A DNA stretch of 64,000 bases. Origin: the human T2T-CHM13v2.0 reference genome, Homo sapiens. Positions 14,516 to 28,136 of the stretch are shown piece after piece. The stretch lies in assembly GCF_009914755.1 (NCBI RefSeq), contig NC_060927.1, one strand, 5' to 3'. Each line of letters opens with the position of its first letter. Within the stretch, counting starts at the first letter, position 1. The translations under genes and the position numbers were made by a program. The notes beneath the pieces were generated by a model that was given only the letters and a program-made list of their open reading frames with translations, searched no databases and was not told the origin of the DNA.

Positions 14516-16328
14516 TTTCCTAGGTACAAGGGATCTTTTGGTGGATTATATATGACAAGATTTGATATAATTTGATGACTGACTACATATGAGCAATAAA
14601 TTCGTGGGATTCTTGGGATTCTCAATTCTGAGATTTTTGGGTTATATTATGAATAAAAAGAAGGAAATAAAGAAGATCTTCTTGACTTCACATTGTACAT
14701 TTGTTCCTAATGGTCCAATTGCTTTTTGGACTTAAAGTATCAATTTACAATAAAAGCCACAGAAGCAACTGAACCACCAAACCGGAAAGCTCTTTGAAAA
14801 TGATTCTTCTTTCTAGTTTCACTAATGTATATCTGGAGTATAGCACAGTTCTTCGCATATAGGGGATGCCCAACAATAACATGATGAATGAGTCAACTGG
14901 AGAAGTATTAATTGTAATAAGTGAGAATAAGGGAGTGGAGGGTGTAAAAGTCAAAAGAGTATGACCCAGAGTCAGACAAATATTGGTTCATATCCTGGCT
15001 CAGGGCCCTTTCTAACTACATGACATACAGAAAGTTACTTTAAACATTTTGTGTAATATGGGGTAATAATTCATAGGAAAGCTAGCTACCTTACTGGATT
15101 CAGTGTTTTTATATAAAGGCAATGGGTGTATGCAAACCTAGTAAGGAATGCTCCCAAAGGCTGTTACCTCTGACAGAAGAAAATCTGCAACCCCTTTCTC
15201 TTTGTTTAACTTACAAAACCACATGAAGACCTAAGAAAAAAAATCTGCCAAATAAATTCCAGTTACAAAAGGAAAATAAATTATTTTGAAAGTAAAAACT
15301 ATAATTTCAACTGAAGAAGAGATTTTAATTGCAGGGAGATAGATCAGTTGAATGGTTTAACTTGGACTTGAGAAATCAGTAGCAGCCAGTGGGATACATA
15401 TTAAAGAAAAAAACAAGTTTAATTACCCTTAAGATTTTATACAGCTTGGCTCTTCCCTCCCACACCTAGTCTGCTTCCATCAGGTCAGACTCCTTTTCAA
15501 TCACACTCTCTTCCATCCTTTTCTCAGTTGCTGTCATGACAAGCCAATGAGAGAATGACATACCGATGAAAACAAGGTTTGAGTAATTACTGCACTGTGG
15601 CTGGTTGTTGTCTGGGCATCATTTTATTTCTTCCAATCAAACAGGTCCTTGGACTTCACAGCTCTGTTTCAGGTGGGGGTGATGCTGATTATATTATGAC
15701 ATTATAGCAAAGACAGGCAGATCAGATGAAGTGAATTTCACTCAGTAATTAAACTGCAGTTTCTTTCGTCTAAAGTCCAGGGCAGGATTAATCGAAACGT
15801 AGCTCTTTATCATTCCGATTAATGCTGGGATTTGAAGAGTGAGCTCTGATTTGATAGCTAGCCCTGAATCTGGCTGACTGGTGTCCCCAAATCTGTCTAA
15901 CTTGCAAAAATAATATCAGATCAAGATACATTTGCAAGGTTATACCCTTCCCTTTTATTTTACTTTTTTTTTTGATAAGGAAATGCAAATAGATTCAAAT
16001 ATGCTGCCATTTCCACTACCTTGTTTTCTATTACAAAAATGTCTGTGAAAAAAATCAGGTCCTTCCAAACCCCACAGCATTTTACAAATGGTTTTCCATA
16101 ATTCCACTTAACACCATGCTCTAATGGCTTCTAATTTTGTGACTTTTCATTATCTGAGACTCAATATGAATATTTGGATGGCCCAAGCGACAGCTTTTCA
16201 GAGGCTCAAAGGTTCTACTTTTATTTTAAAGGACTCATTCTGGGACTTATATAGAGATTTTGTTTCATTCAATCACTCTTGTAATGCATATGATATCACC
16301 AAATTCTTTAACAAGTATGAGTTGGATC

Positions 16329-16510
16329 ACTGATTCTCAATCCTGGGTGTCCATAGAAGGACCTGTGAAGCTCTGTAAAAAATCAGCCTCCAGCCTCCAC
16401 TCCAGGCCACACTCACAGATCGGAATCTCTAGGTTTTAGACACAAGATTTTATATATTCTTGAACTCCATAAGTGATTTGAATGTGCAGCTAGAGTTGAG
16501 GACCAGAGTC
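16329..16510. mobile_element. MER5A-like
   Basis: cactgattctcaatcctgg...gtgatttgaatgtgcagctagagttgaggaccag. Confidence 0.65.
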
Positions 16511-16617
16511 AGCCACACAGTGTATTAGCTGTATTTGCAAAATATTTATTAAAACAAGCCATTGTTCAGAGAAATTAGCCTCACATTATTGTGAGAGATC
16601 TCTCAATAAAATAATAA

Positions 16618-16979
<362 letters not shown>

Positions 16980-17299
16980 AAAGATATACTTGGGTTTCTT
17001 AAGGGAAGTAGAGGAAAAGGAAGACTGTAAAAACAGACAGGTAACTGTTGATGGGGCTTCCATTGTTCTCTCTGATAACATTGAAGGTGATGGTTTACTG
17101 ATTGAGCTCATCACATGGTAACACTATAGCTACCAACCATATAATTTAAGATGACAGTTGACTAACATCATAGAATCTCAGAGTTTGGACATAAACTTGG
17201 AATTAGCTGTCATCTATTTTAACCCCTTCTCTATTCAGCTGCCTTTTTAGAAAGAGAGGCAGAATTTAGAAGACTTTATTTCAAATTCTGTTTTCAGTT

Positions 17300-17520
17300 C
17301 TGTTTCAGAGTTTAAGAATACACGTTCTAGGGTCAAACTGAATTCAACTACTAGTTGGGTGGCCTAGATATTTACTTCTCTAAGCCTTAATTATCCCTTC
17401 TTTAAAATGCGGCCCAGAATATGTATCTCAAAGAGCTATTTAGGTTTTATATTAATTAATTTAGATAATTAACTAGAATGCCTGGCACACAAAAGTATCA
17501 GAACTCAATAAATTAAGTCT
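17300..17520 (+). mobile_element. MIR
   Basis: acttctctaagccttaatt...aaaatg...agaatgcctggcacac...ctcaataaat. Confidence 0.65.
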
Positions 17521-19238
17521 ATTGAAGGAAATTGCAATAGTCACTTTTAAGGTTGTCACTGAGACTCTATGCTTAACAACTATCAGTTTGGTGACTCACA
17601 GATCAGTTTTCTGGAAGATTTGATTTGCCAAAGAAAAAGAGAGTGAGTCCAAATAGGAATGGCTTTCACATTTAATTGAGCCATAAAATAAAATACATTT
17701 TATTAAATAAATTTTATAAAATACAATTTTATTTTAATGATCACCTGGAAATGATCATTAAAAATGCAAATTTCTGGGCTCCAATCCCAGAGATTCTGAT
17801 TCAGTTTGTAGGAGTGGAGTCTAGGAACCATCCAGGTGATTCTGACTCAGGGTCAAGGGTCTTCACTTTAATAAAGACAGTTATAAAGGAATATAAATTA
17901 GCCAAGCATTTATCCCCCAAATAACTACAGTGTGGCTTGACCTGGAAGAGACCATGCTTTCTATTCCTTAAGTCAGAATTCAGTTAGATGAGTTTAAACC
18001 ATGTGCAAATACAAAATGTTTATAGAGTATATTTATGCACACAGAGTTAAAAAATCTATTTCTCTTCAATTAAATATGCCTTCTCAACAATTATCATTTA
18101 GCCACTAACATTATCTTCATCTCTTTTCATCACTACTGGGTACATGTAAGTATACAGACAAGGGTCAGATTTGCTATCGACTCATCCATTTTCTTCTTAC
18201 AAAATAATAAACAGGTTTCATAAAATTGGTAAATTCCTTGAATAAACAAAAGCAGCTATTTCCTCCTCTAAATGCATTGTAGAATAAAGTATTTTCAAAA
18301 CGCATTAATCGAAATTGATAATGAAAGTCAATATATAATTGTGAGTTGAATATTTTAAATGCAATTGATTACTTCGCTAAAATGAATATACTCAACTTAC
18401 ACATGGAGACTGTTCTGGATCTAAGGAGAAATTTAAACATTTTCATTCCCAATCAGCGAAATCCCAGAAATGTGTTTAGAGTTTCTAATACAATATACCA
18501 ACAAATGTGCATTAACTCTCTATATTCTAAAAGTTATTGTGTAACAAATAACAGGAGAATTATGGTCTCTAATTGCAGTTGAACATAAAATTGAGCTGGG
18601 GAGAAAATAAGGCATCAACATGAGAAAAGTTTTTCAGCATTATACAACAATATAGGCTAGTGGCCAAGTGTAAGGCTGAAGGAGAATCTTTTTAGTACAT
18701 ACTGTGTGAGGCAGGGTAAGCTACCGAAGATCTGCAAAAGTCAGGCACAGTAACTCACTGAGGGGGTTGTGGTGACCACAGTGGGTACTGAATAAATGTA
18801 ACCTATTATTTATTATAATAGTTGACAGTTTATTTTAGTAACACAAGATATATCACAGATAAGACTATGTAACCGGTAAAAGGTGAATGGTACAGGCACT
18901 GAGAGTTACAGGGAGCCAAAACTGAGAGAATGCTGGCATGACTGGTAAGGGTTTTGTGAGGAAGAGACATTTGAATGGATAATGCAGGAGAGAGAGGATT
19001 TGGCTAGACAGAGGAACAAAGATCATTTTAGACAGGGTGGGGTGTTTTGATATGAATCGCAGGTCAAAGTTAAAAAGTGTTTAACGACTGTTAAAAAAAA
19101 CAGTTTAGGATGAAGCCATAAAGATAAATTTGAAGTAGAACAACAGAGGGTTCTGGATTCCAAAAATCACTTGTAGTTTCTGGTAGAATTTTTAATTGTC
19201 AAAATATTTTCTCAGTGGAATTCAATATCTCTTTAGAT

Positions 19239-19415
19239 CAGTGGTTCTCAAATTTTAGTATGCATCAGAATTACCTGAAGTGCTTGTTCAAATACAAATT
19301 GCTGTGTTCCACCTCAAAGTTTCTTATTCAGTAGGGGAAAGTGAGGCCTAAGAATCTGCATTTCTAACATATTCCTAGGTAATGCTAATGCTGCTGGTCA
19401 CTTGGAGAACCACTG
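19239..19415. mobile_element. Full-length MER5A (hAT-Charlie MITE)
   Basis: TIRs cagtggttctc...gagaaccactg; 8-bp TSD ctttagat/ctttagaa. Confidence 0.9.
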
Positions 19416-19435
19416 CTTTAGAAGACAGTGAGATA

Positions 19436-19748
<313 letters not shown>

Positions 19749-21621
19749 AGTGAGATAAGAGAAGAGTTGGATGAAGAGTTTCATGGATAAGAAAGAGTTG
19801 GACGACTATTTCCTAAAGTCACCATATAATGGAATAGCCCTCTTTATTTCCTATAAAATTTCACCCTCCCTTTCATACCAACACATAGAGAAACCTACAT
19901 GAAGATTACCTAGGGATCAAAATTCTTCTTTGGCTTTCTAATCCCTCTATTGGGTTCAGGTCCTTAACTGTGGGAATGAAGAGGCCCATGATCAAAAGGA
20001 GCCCAGGCCCACCAACCTGGAAACTTGAAGACAACTTAATCACTATTAAGGATATTCAAGAATTCAAAATAACAGACCCAAGAGACTAAAGAAAGAAGGT
20101 GGAATTTTTATTCCAAAAAGCCTCTGTCAGTTTCATGTTGAACATTTTGTACTTGGGCTGCACTTAACTGCCTGCCCCTTAATCCACAAACTAATATCAT
20201 CTCACCTTGGTTCACCTTTTTCTTTTCTTCAAAAGGCAGTCAGAAGCAAGCAGGGGCAATGAGAACTTTCTACCTAGGCATGGGCCACTGTTTAAGCATC
20301 TCCACCTTCTGCTTCAAAATCTTTCTCCAAAACAAACTTCCACTATGTGGTAACTATACTGTAAGAAATCATTTAAAAGGCAGAAAGAGGAAATGAAATG
20401 CTCTGAGAGACTATTTTCTCATGCATAACTTCGAGGGCAGTATCTCACAAGTCAGTACTTTATTTTTGATGGCAGACAAAAAAAATGTTGTGTTTGAAGA
20501 TTCATGTAGAAATCTTTGTGAAAAAAGGTCAAAATTGGATTTAAAATGTTCAAAACTCCAAAAATCTCTAAAGAACAGGAGCTTGTTTATTTTCTAGCAA
20601 TTTATCTTTCCTTAAAATAAGAAGCTATATAATTACAAAGTATAATTAATAATAATAACAATAATTACCACAAATACAACAGAAATAATGATAGTAAGCA
20701 CCATGGGCCCAGATCCCCATAGTTACAAAGGATAAGAATTTGTCTCAGTATATTTGAGAACAGACAGCAGCCCAATAATACAGGAAAAAAAAATTGGAAA
20801 GGAAATAATCTTTCTTGTGCTCCCTGGAAAATACCACAGAAAAATAGACAATCAAATTTAATACCTGTTGTTAAATATCTTCATTGTACAGATTAGGTCA
20901 GGCAATTTAAATAGACAACAACATGAGGCCTCTAATGTCTCTTAGGAAACAGTTTCAATGTAAATTCCTAGGAGGTCCCAATTCAATTTCTAGTTAAGCA
21001 TCCCCATCCACTCGTAACACTCATAAGAAGGAGAAATGCATTTGTATGGTGTTTTACAGTTTATAAATTATTCTCACAAACGTGTTATTTGATTGTCTCA
21101 AAAATCCTGTGGGGTAGGTAAGTAGAGAAAGTATTAATAGTATACCCATTAGAAGGTGAAAGAATTAAGGATCAGAGAAAAAGGACATAAATTAATCTTT
21201 ATTAAATATCCACATTGGGTCAAACTGTGCAGACCTGGAAAGAAGCCCAAATAAAGTTTTACATAACATGGATAGGCTTGGAGAATTTGTTAACTGCCCA
21301 AAGTAAAAAAATGGAAGAGCTAGAACTTGAATGCAGATAATGCAGCTCAAGATGTAATGGTCTTTCCATCAGACCATAGACTAAACTCTCAGTTGTAACC
21401 ATCGTCTAGTTACAGTAACTGCCCCTCTCAAGAGGAGGCTATTTCATTGCCAAGAAATAAAACCGTGAATAGTGGTCAGGTTTTCTGTTTTTAGTTAGAC
21501 TGAAAGAAAGCACATACTCCTTGAGAAGACGTGCATCTTTTTAACATGACTTAGTCTGTCAAGAGAATAAGAGAGAGAATGTGTTATTTCATTCATGTAG
21601 AATACTGACTTTTAAAAGTCA

Positions 21622-21903
21622 CTCAATTTCTCTAATGATCAGTGATGTTGAGCTTTTTCTCTTAGGTTTGTTGGCTGCATGTATGTCTTCTTTTGAGAAG
21701 TGTCTTTTCATGTCCTCAGGGGAGGGCAGTGTGGGGGCAGAGAGAATCAAGAAAAATAGATAATGCATGCGGAGCTTAATACCTAGGTGACAGGTTGATA
21801 GGTGCAGCAAACCACCATGGCACATGTTTACCTCTGTAACAAACCTGCACATCCTGCACATGTGCCCAAGAACTTAAAATTAAAAAAATAAAAAATAAAA
21901 AAA
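21622..21903 (+). mobile_element. Short 5'-inverted L1 (old L1PA-type)
   Basis: Antisense ORF2 piece ([17 protein letters not shown], about 21622-21716) joined to a sense 3'UTR plus A-tail (ggtgcagcaaaccaccatggcacatgtttacc). Confidence 0.85.
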
Positions 21904-22534
21904 CTGACTCCAGCTACCCATGGACACAAGAGACAACACGGTCCCATTTGTCACCAAAATAGACAACACAGTCCCATTTTTCACTAACATACTCTTTGCA
22001 AGAAAGATAAACTAAAAGACTATCCAACATTAATAGCTAGATTCTGGCATAGTCTCAGCTTAAACTATTAGTTTCTAAATAAGAGGCAATACATATGCAT
22101 AGTAAAATAGAGAATAACAGCAATGGATGTATTAACAAAATGCATTTTCCATTAATTGTTATGAATTTAAAAGTCTCGAAGCTATAGATCGAGACTTTGA
22201 AACTTCTGGAACAAATTAACCTATCTCTTTTTATTTTTACTTTATGCATGCATTTACTTGTGTAGTTGGTGTTGCTATGTTTTCTTAAATTTGTTTTTAA
22301 GATAATTATATTCTCCCTCTACTTTTATACATATATCTTCTGAGGCATTTAAAGGTTTGACAAAGCAGTGTCTTCTCACAAGAGACAGAGGTTTCACTTA
22401 GAAGCCATCTTGGGAATTTGGGCTGCAGAAATCAAGGGAGGTCTAGTACGTAAGTAAATATTAGTGCAATAATATTAAATTTTTGAATACTAAAGGAAAA
22501 CATTTATTGAAAGAAAATTGCTTTATATCCTTAA

Positions 22535-22903
<369 letters not shown>

Positions 22904-22984
22904 CCAAAGATTTTATTTTTATAATGACAGAATATCAGTGTTAGCAGAGTCCATTAAAATTATATATGACAATCATCTGTTTAA

Positions 22985-23130
22985 CCCATTTATGCCAAAT
23001 GTTGCAATTTTGTGTGTGTGTGTGTGTGTATGTGTGAAAAATCAGAACTTGGTGATGACCTTGAGCAACAGGATACACATAACTGCCACAAGCTTAGCAT
23101 TCCAATAGTGGAACACTAGGCATAAATGGG
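22985..23130. mobile_element. MER85 (piggyBac/PGBD3 MITE)
   Basis: TIRs cccatttatgcc...ggcataaatggg; TTAA on the left and TTAT on the right; internal gatgaccttgagca...agcttagcattccaatagtggaacac. Confidence 0.9.
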
Positions 23131-23227
23131 TTATGGCTTCAGTATCCTGCAAAATATCCCTGTAAGGTAGCTGTCTATGCTTAAACACCTTGGTCTTAGG
23201 AAACTAGGATTTGTGGATATTAGGCAA

Positions 23228-23609
23228 TGTTATGGGCTGATTGTGTCCCCTAAAATACATAGGGTGAAGCCCTAAGCTCCTACCAACTGTATTTGGAGAT
23301 AAGGCCTTTGAAGAAGTAATTAAGGTTTAATGAGGTCATAAGGTTGGCACTCTAATCCACTAGGACTGGCGTCCTTATAAGGACAGGAAGAGACATCAGA
23401 GGTTCTCTTGAGCTCACAAAGAAAAGGCTGTGTAAGGACACAGCAGCAGAAGGCTATCTGCAGCCAAAGACAGAGGCCTCAGGAAAAACCAAACCTGATG
23501 ACACCTCAGTATTGGACTTCTAGCCTCCAGAGTTGTGAGAAACCAATTTCTGTTTGCTAGTCCACCCACCTTGTGGTATTTTGTTATGGTAGGCCTACAG
23601 ACTGATATG
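23228..23609 (+). mobile_element. MaLR solo LTR (MLT1A-like)
   Basis: tgttatgggctga...gtatttggagataaggcc...ttggacttctagcctccagagttgtgaga...tgtggtattttgttatgg. Confidence 0.85.
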
Positions 23610-23899
23610 GTGCCTGTATCAGTGCCTATATGGTGCCTATCTCATCACAACCTGTAAGGAAGGAATTACTTAAAGCCAATTTATAGGTATAGAAACAGAC
23701 TATGGAACATTCAAGAAATGTCCCAAGAGACAAGGATTCAATAAGTGGCATAACTGAGATTTAATCTAGGTCTATCTTCCATATTATTTTTTACCCTCCT
23801 ATTTTTTACCTTTGAACACAGAAGGCTGCTACAAAGTTAGTGTTTCATATTGACTTGAGTATTTTATTCTTGTAGGTTTCATCACTGGCTGATGGTCTA

Positions 23900-25080
23900 T
23901 TTGTTGGAGTAACAGAAAGCAACATAATTTATCTTTTAGATGACTGTCATTCATATACTTGAAGATAGTTATTACATTCCTTCCTCCTGAATTTCCTGTT
24001 AATCCCGGTTCCCTTAACCATTGCTCATATCACATGTTTCAGTTCCCTACCATTCTGGCCACTTATACCTGAAGATGTTCCTATCTATTTAAATTTCTTG
24101 TACTGGGTTGGAAAGTCATATCTCTGCTACGTCATTCATGACTAGTCTTTTTAAAATATAAAGGCAATATCTTGCATTTATCCATTTAGAAAATTTCATC
24201 TGTTAGATGTAGCCCATAATTCCAGTCTTTCAATGTCTTTGGAATTCGATTACTTCATTCAACAACTTTTCTATGTATCTGGACTCATGTCATCTGCAAA
24301 TCTAATGAATATGTTTTCATTCCAGTTATTGAAAAAAACTTGTGACCAAGATAAGGCCGAAAATATCCTTGCAATATGCCACAGGAATCCCCTATATTAT
24401 GATATTGAGCCATTTGTTTGTACCTAATAGTGTGGTCAATCAACCAGTTACTAATCCAGCTGTACCTACATTAGTTACTAATCCAGCTGTACCTAGATTA
24501 GTAACTAACCCGGCTGTACCTAGATTAGTAACTAACCCGGCTGTACCTAGATTAGTAACTAATCCGGCTGTACCTAGATTAGTAACTAATCCGGCTGTGC
24601 CTAGATTAGTAACTAATCCGGCTGTGCCTAGATTAGTAACTAATCCGGCTGTGCCTAGTTTAGTAACTAATCCGGCTGTGCCTAGATTAGTAACTAATCC
24701 GGCTGTGCCTAGATTAGTTACTAATCCGGCTGTGCCTAGATTAGTTACTAATCTGGCTGTGCCTAGATTAGTTACTAATCTGTCTATATATCTAACCCAG
24801 GAGATATCAGATCACATATTGTAGACATCATTTTACTGAAGCCATTCTATTGTCTAGCAAGCACCACTTCTTTCAGTGGATCATGATACATTGTTTTATA
24901 CTTTATTGCTTTAATAATCCATTCTAGACTGTTGCTCAGGACTAACAGCAAGTAGTTGCATCATCATAAATTGCCTTTCTATACTTTCTGTAAATCAGAA
25001 GATTTCCACATCTCTAGTTATCTAACATTGTTTCTCTTCTCCTCAAACATGGATGGTAGTAATTGACTATCTCATTGACA
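23900..25080 (-). mobile_element. L3/CR1 fossil interrupted by a minisatellite
   Basis: Antisense CR1-like motifs (tgtcatctgcaaatctaatgaat...ccagttattgaaaaaa...gccacagga...caaccagttactaatcc); boundaries vague. Confidence 0.6.
24447..24782. repeat. 27-bp minisatellite, about 12.4 copies
   Basis: Unit GT(A/T)ACTAATCCGGCTGT(A/G)CCTAGATTA with exact 27-bp periodicity (24447 to 24771 = 12 units). Confidence 0.98.
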
Positions 25081-26902
25081 AATCCTCTCATGAGTATATG
25101 GTTCTCTATCCCTATTTTTAGGCTCTTCTCCTTTTCCTTTTTTTCCTGTTATCTTCCAAGGAAAGAGTCACTCATGTTTAATCATGAATGGTATGTTGGT
25201 CAGAGATAGACCTGCAAACTGGAACAACTGAGAAGATTTATACAAAGTGTTGTCCTAGAGTCCCTGACTGTGCCCGTAGAGGAAAATGTACTATGATTAG
25301 GTGAGGCTTTGCTCTCATCTCCACACAGGGCTCTGCATGGCTTTTCTATTTCACTTCTGGCAGTACTCCTGGGGAAGGCTACATCCTTTTCCTATTCATT
25401 CTGGGTGACTTCCTTTGCCAAAGATTCAAGACAGCTTTGTATTTTTCAGTCTTTAACTGAGAAAGGTTGTGATATATAATGCCTTTATTTTCCCATGAAG
25501 ACTTTCTCTGAGGCATGCACATAGCCACGACCTTTACCTAATCAAGAAAAGTTGCTTGGGCAGTGGGGGATGGGGATGCAGGTTGGACTTTAAATGCACA
25601 AATCAGTTCTAATAAAAACACTGAGATTCAGGTGCCTGAGGTTAGAAATACTGGAGGGAATTCAATTACACTAATTAATATTTAAGAAGGGCTAGAGATC
25701 ACACACTGAATGTGGGAAACTAGGCCAGTCAGACATGAGCATATGGGGAGGGCAAGATCAACAGATAAAAGTAACAAACAAATCATACATAAATGCTCCA
25801 ACAGGAATGAAATAGAGAATATAAAATAAATGTTCCAACAGACACTGAAGAGGAGGTAAATGGTCTACCAGACATAAAAGCAAAATGTTCCAACATACAC
25901 AAGACATTTTATTGGTTTAATGTAAACACATATATTATAAAAATGATTTTTCCACATAAGTTAGTAGGAAATGTTACCCATTTATAGAAACAGACTTACG
26001 GGTTCTATGAATTCACAGCATACTATATTTGCTCTCATTTCCTCACTGGCTCATCATGCAGGAGTCTCAATAAGGCTTGACTTTCATAACAGGTAGTTCT
26101 CCAATGCCTAAGCCTACCTGGATACCCAACGCCTGACAGAAGGCTGAAAAGCTGCAGAGTGTGCCTGCTTCTGCACAAGTTTTTCTAGTTCCGGTTGCTC
26201 TAATGTGATTTGGTTGGTGTCACAGCTAATACCACATTCTCTATTTGATCTGATTTTTCATCTGTGGCCCAGACAGTTGATTCTGATTTTTGGTCATTCT
26301 TTTATAGACTTGAAAGTTTTCTAGAGAAGGCACTAGTGGTGCCAGGACTATCTTGCTTCCTTCTGTCCTGTCTACACTAGCATTTAATTACACTTTTCTA
26401 CCTCTTTTCTACCTCTATGCCCTCTCACCCTCCTTCATCTTGGGAGCTTCCAAAACTAGAAGCCAAGAGAATTAACTAGGTTGCTTTATAAAAATTGTAT
26501 ATATGTAGGGTAAACATGACATTTTGATATACATTGGATTGCTTTTGCTATCAACGGCATCATGTAGAGGTAGTAGTAGAAGCATGGAAGGGTAGAAGAA
26601 AGGACTGAGACTGATATTTGGACTCCTCTTTCAAGTTTTCTGATGTACACATAGAGTAACTAGATGGCCTGGACTGTCTATGTACAATACGGAATTTTAG
26701 GCTCCTGGAGGAAACAAACCAAAACAAAAATAAAAACAAAGTCCTTTTCCTTCAGGAGCTTTAGCTTTAGAAGAATAAATGATTCACATATACCAAAACC
26801 CACAAGATACGGTATCCCCAAAAAGTTAAATTGTCTCTTACCTAATAGAGGATCAGAAAAAGAAAAGATAGTTATTTCCTAAAAATTGTTTGAACCAAAT
26901 TT

Positions 26903-28136
26903 GTGGTTTTCAAACTATGCTTCATGGTCCCCAGACTTACAAAGAGATGATTACAAAAAGATTATCAAATAGATATAAATAAATAAAAAAATAAATACAT
27001 ATATAATATGTAGTAAATACATATATATCAATTTGCAATTGTGATAAAAATGACATGCAAATTTAAATGTATTATATAAATTTAAAAAACACTGGAGACC
27101 AATGTGTTATTACAAGTTAATTATGTACAATAAGAATAAGCAGCTTTCATGCAGGCCTCTAATTAAGGCTCTCAGATTGGAATACAAGCTGTTGAAAAAA
27201 ACTGTTACAATATGCAACTACTTATCAGTCTCATGATTTTTTTGATACCATATAGTATAGTACAGAAAGTCTTCACTTATTGCCATCCATAGGTTCTTGG
27301 AAACTGTGATTTTAAGTGAAACAACATATAATGAAAGCAATTTTACCATAGACTAATTGATATAAATAAGAGTTAAGTTCTTATGGCAAATTTTGGGTCA
27401 CAGAAACATCATCAAGTTTCTAAATAAAGATCAAAACACTTTTGATATTAAACATTGAAATAAATGTGAGCTGTACATGCATTTAAGAAAGATTAATAAA
27501 AGCAAGAAATAAATGTGAGCTGTACATACATTTAAGAAAGATTAATAAAAGTAAGATAATTATTTAATCAATAATTCCAGTTCAGGGTCATGAGTGGATG
27601 GAGCCTATCTCAGCAGCTCAGGGATTGGTAAGGTGGGAACCAAGCCTAGACAGGATGCCATTCTATCTTAGGGGGCACTCACACACAGCCACATTCACTC
27701 AGACACACCCATGAGCCTAACACGCACATCTTTGGGATGTGGGAGAAAACCCACTACCCAGAGAAAACTTATGCAGATATGGGGAGAAAGTGCCAACTCT
27801 ACACACACAGTGGCTCACTGGGAATAGTTCTTTTTTTTTTTTCCCATCAGCGTTATGACACCATGTTATTTGAGTATCTGCTATATTCCCCATACAAAAA
27901 TACATTGATTTTTGAGCCAATACAATAATCCAATGCTGAGTTTTTATTCCTTTGTATATTTGCCATTATATTCTTATTGAATGACTTTATAATATTCAAT
28001 ATGATAAATAATCTGAATTTGAAAATGAGTTTATCTCAATAAAATATTACTCATTATTCCATATGTTAAGTTTCTAATAAGATTTAGTTTGAAAAGAGGA
28101 TTCTGCTTGTTTAAAAGAAATATGAAAAATGTCTGG
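26903..28136. mobile_element. Degenerate hAT-Charlie-like element split by MER82
   Basis: Ends tgtggttttcaaact... and ...gaaaagaggattctgct...gaaaaatgtctg resemble Charlie termini. Confidence 0.4.
27263..27883 (-). mobile_element. MER82 (TcMar-Tigger)
   Basis: ataggttcttggaaactgtga...gcacatctttgggatgtgggag...gttatttgagtatctgc; TA flanks. Confidence 0.85.

Noticed and set aside
24447-24782. CRISPR-like palindromic repeat array
   Set aside because: Units are head-to-tail with no unique spacers, there are no cas genes, and the DNA is primate.
24342-24824. 160-aa ORF with (LVTNPAVPR)n repeats
   Set aside because: Open only because the 27-bp unit is a multiple of three and stop-free in this frame. 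It has a GTG start, is antisense to the host gene and shows no exon signals.
25789-25900. Repeat-spacer pattern as a CRISPR array
   Set aside because: Only four degenerate copies with irregular short spacers, in a eukaryotic intron.
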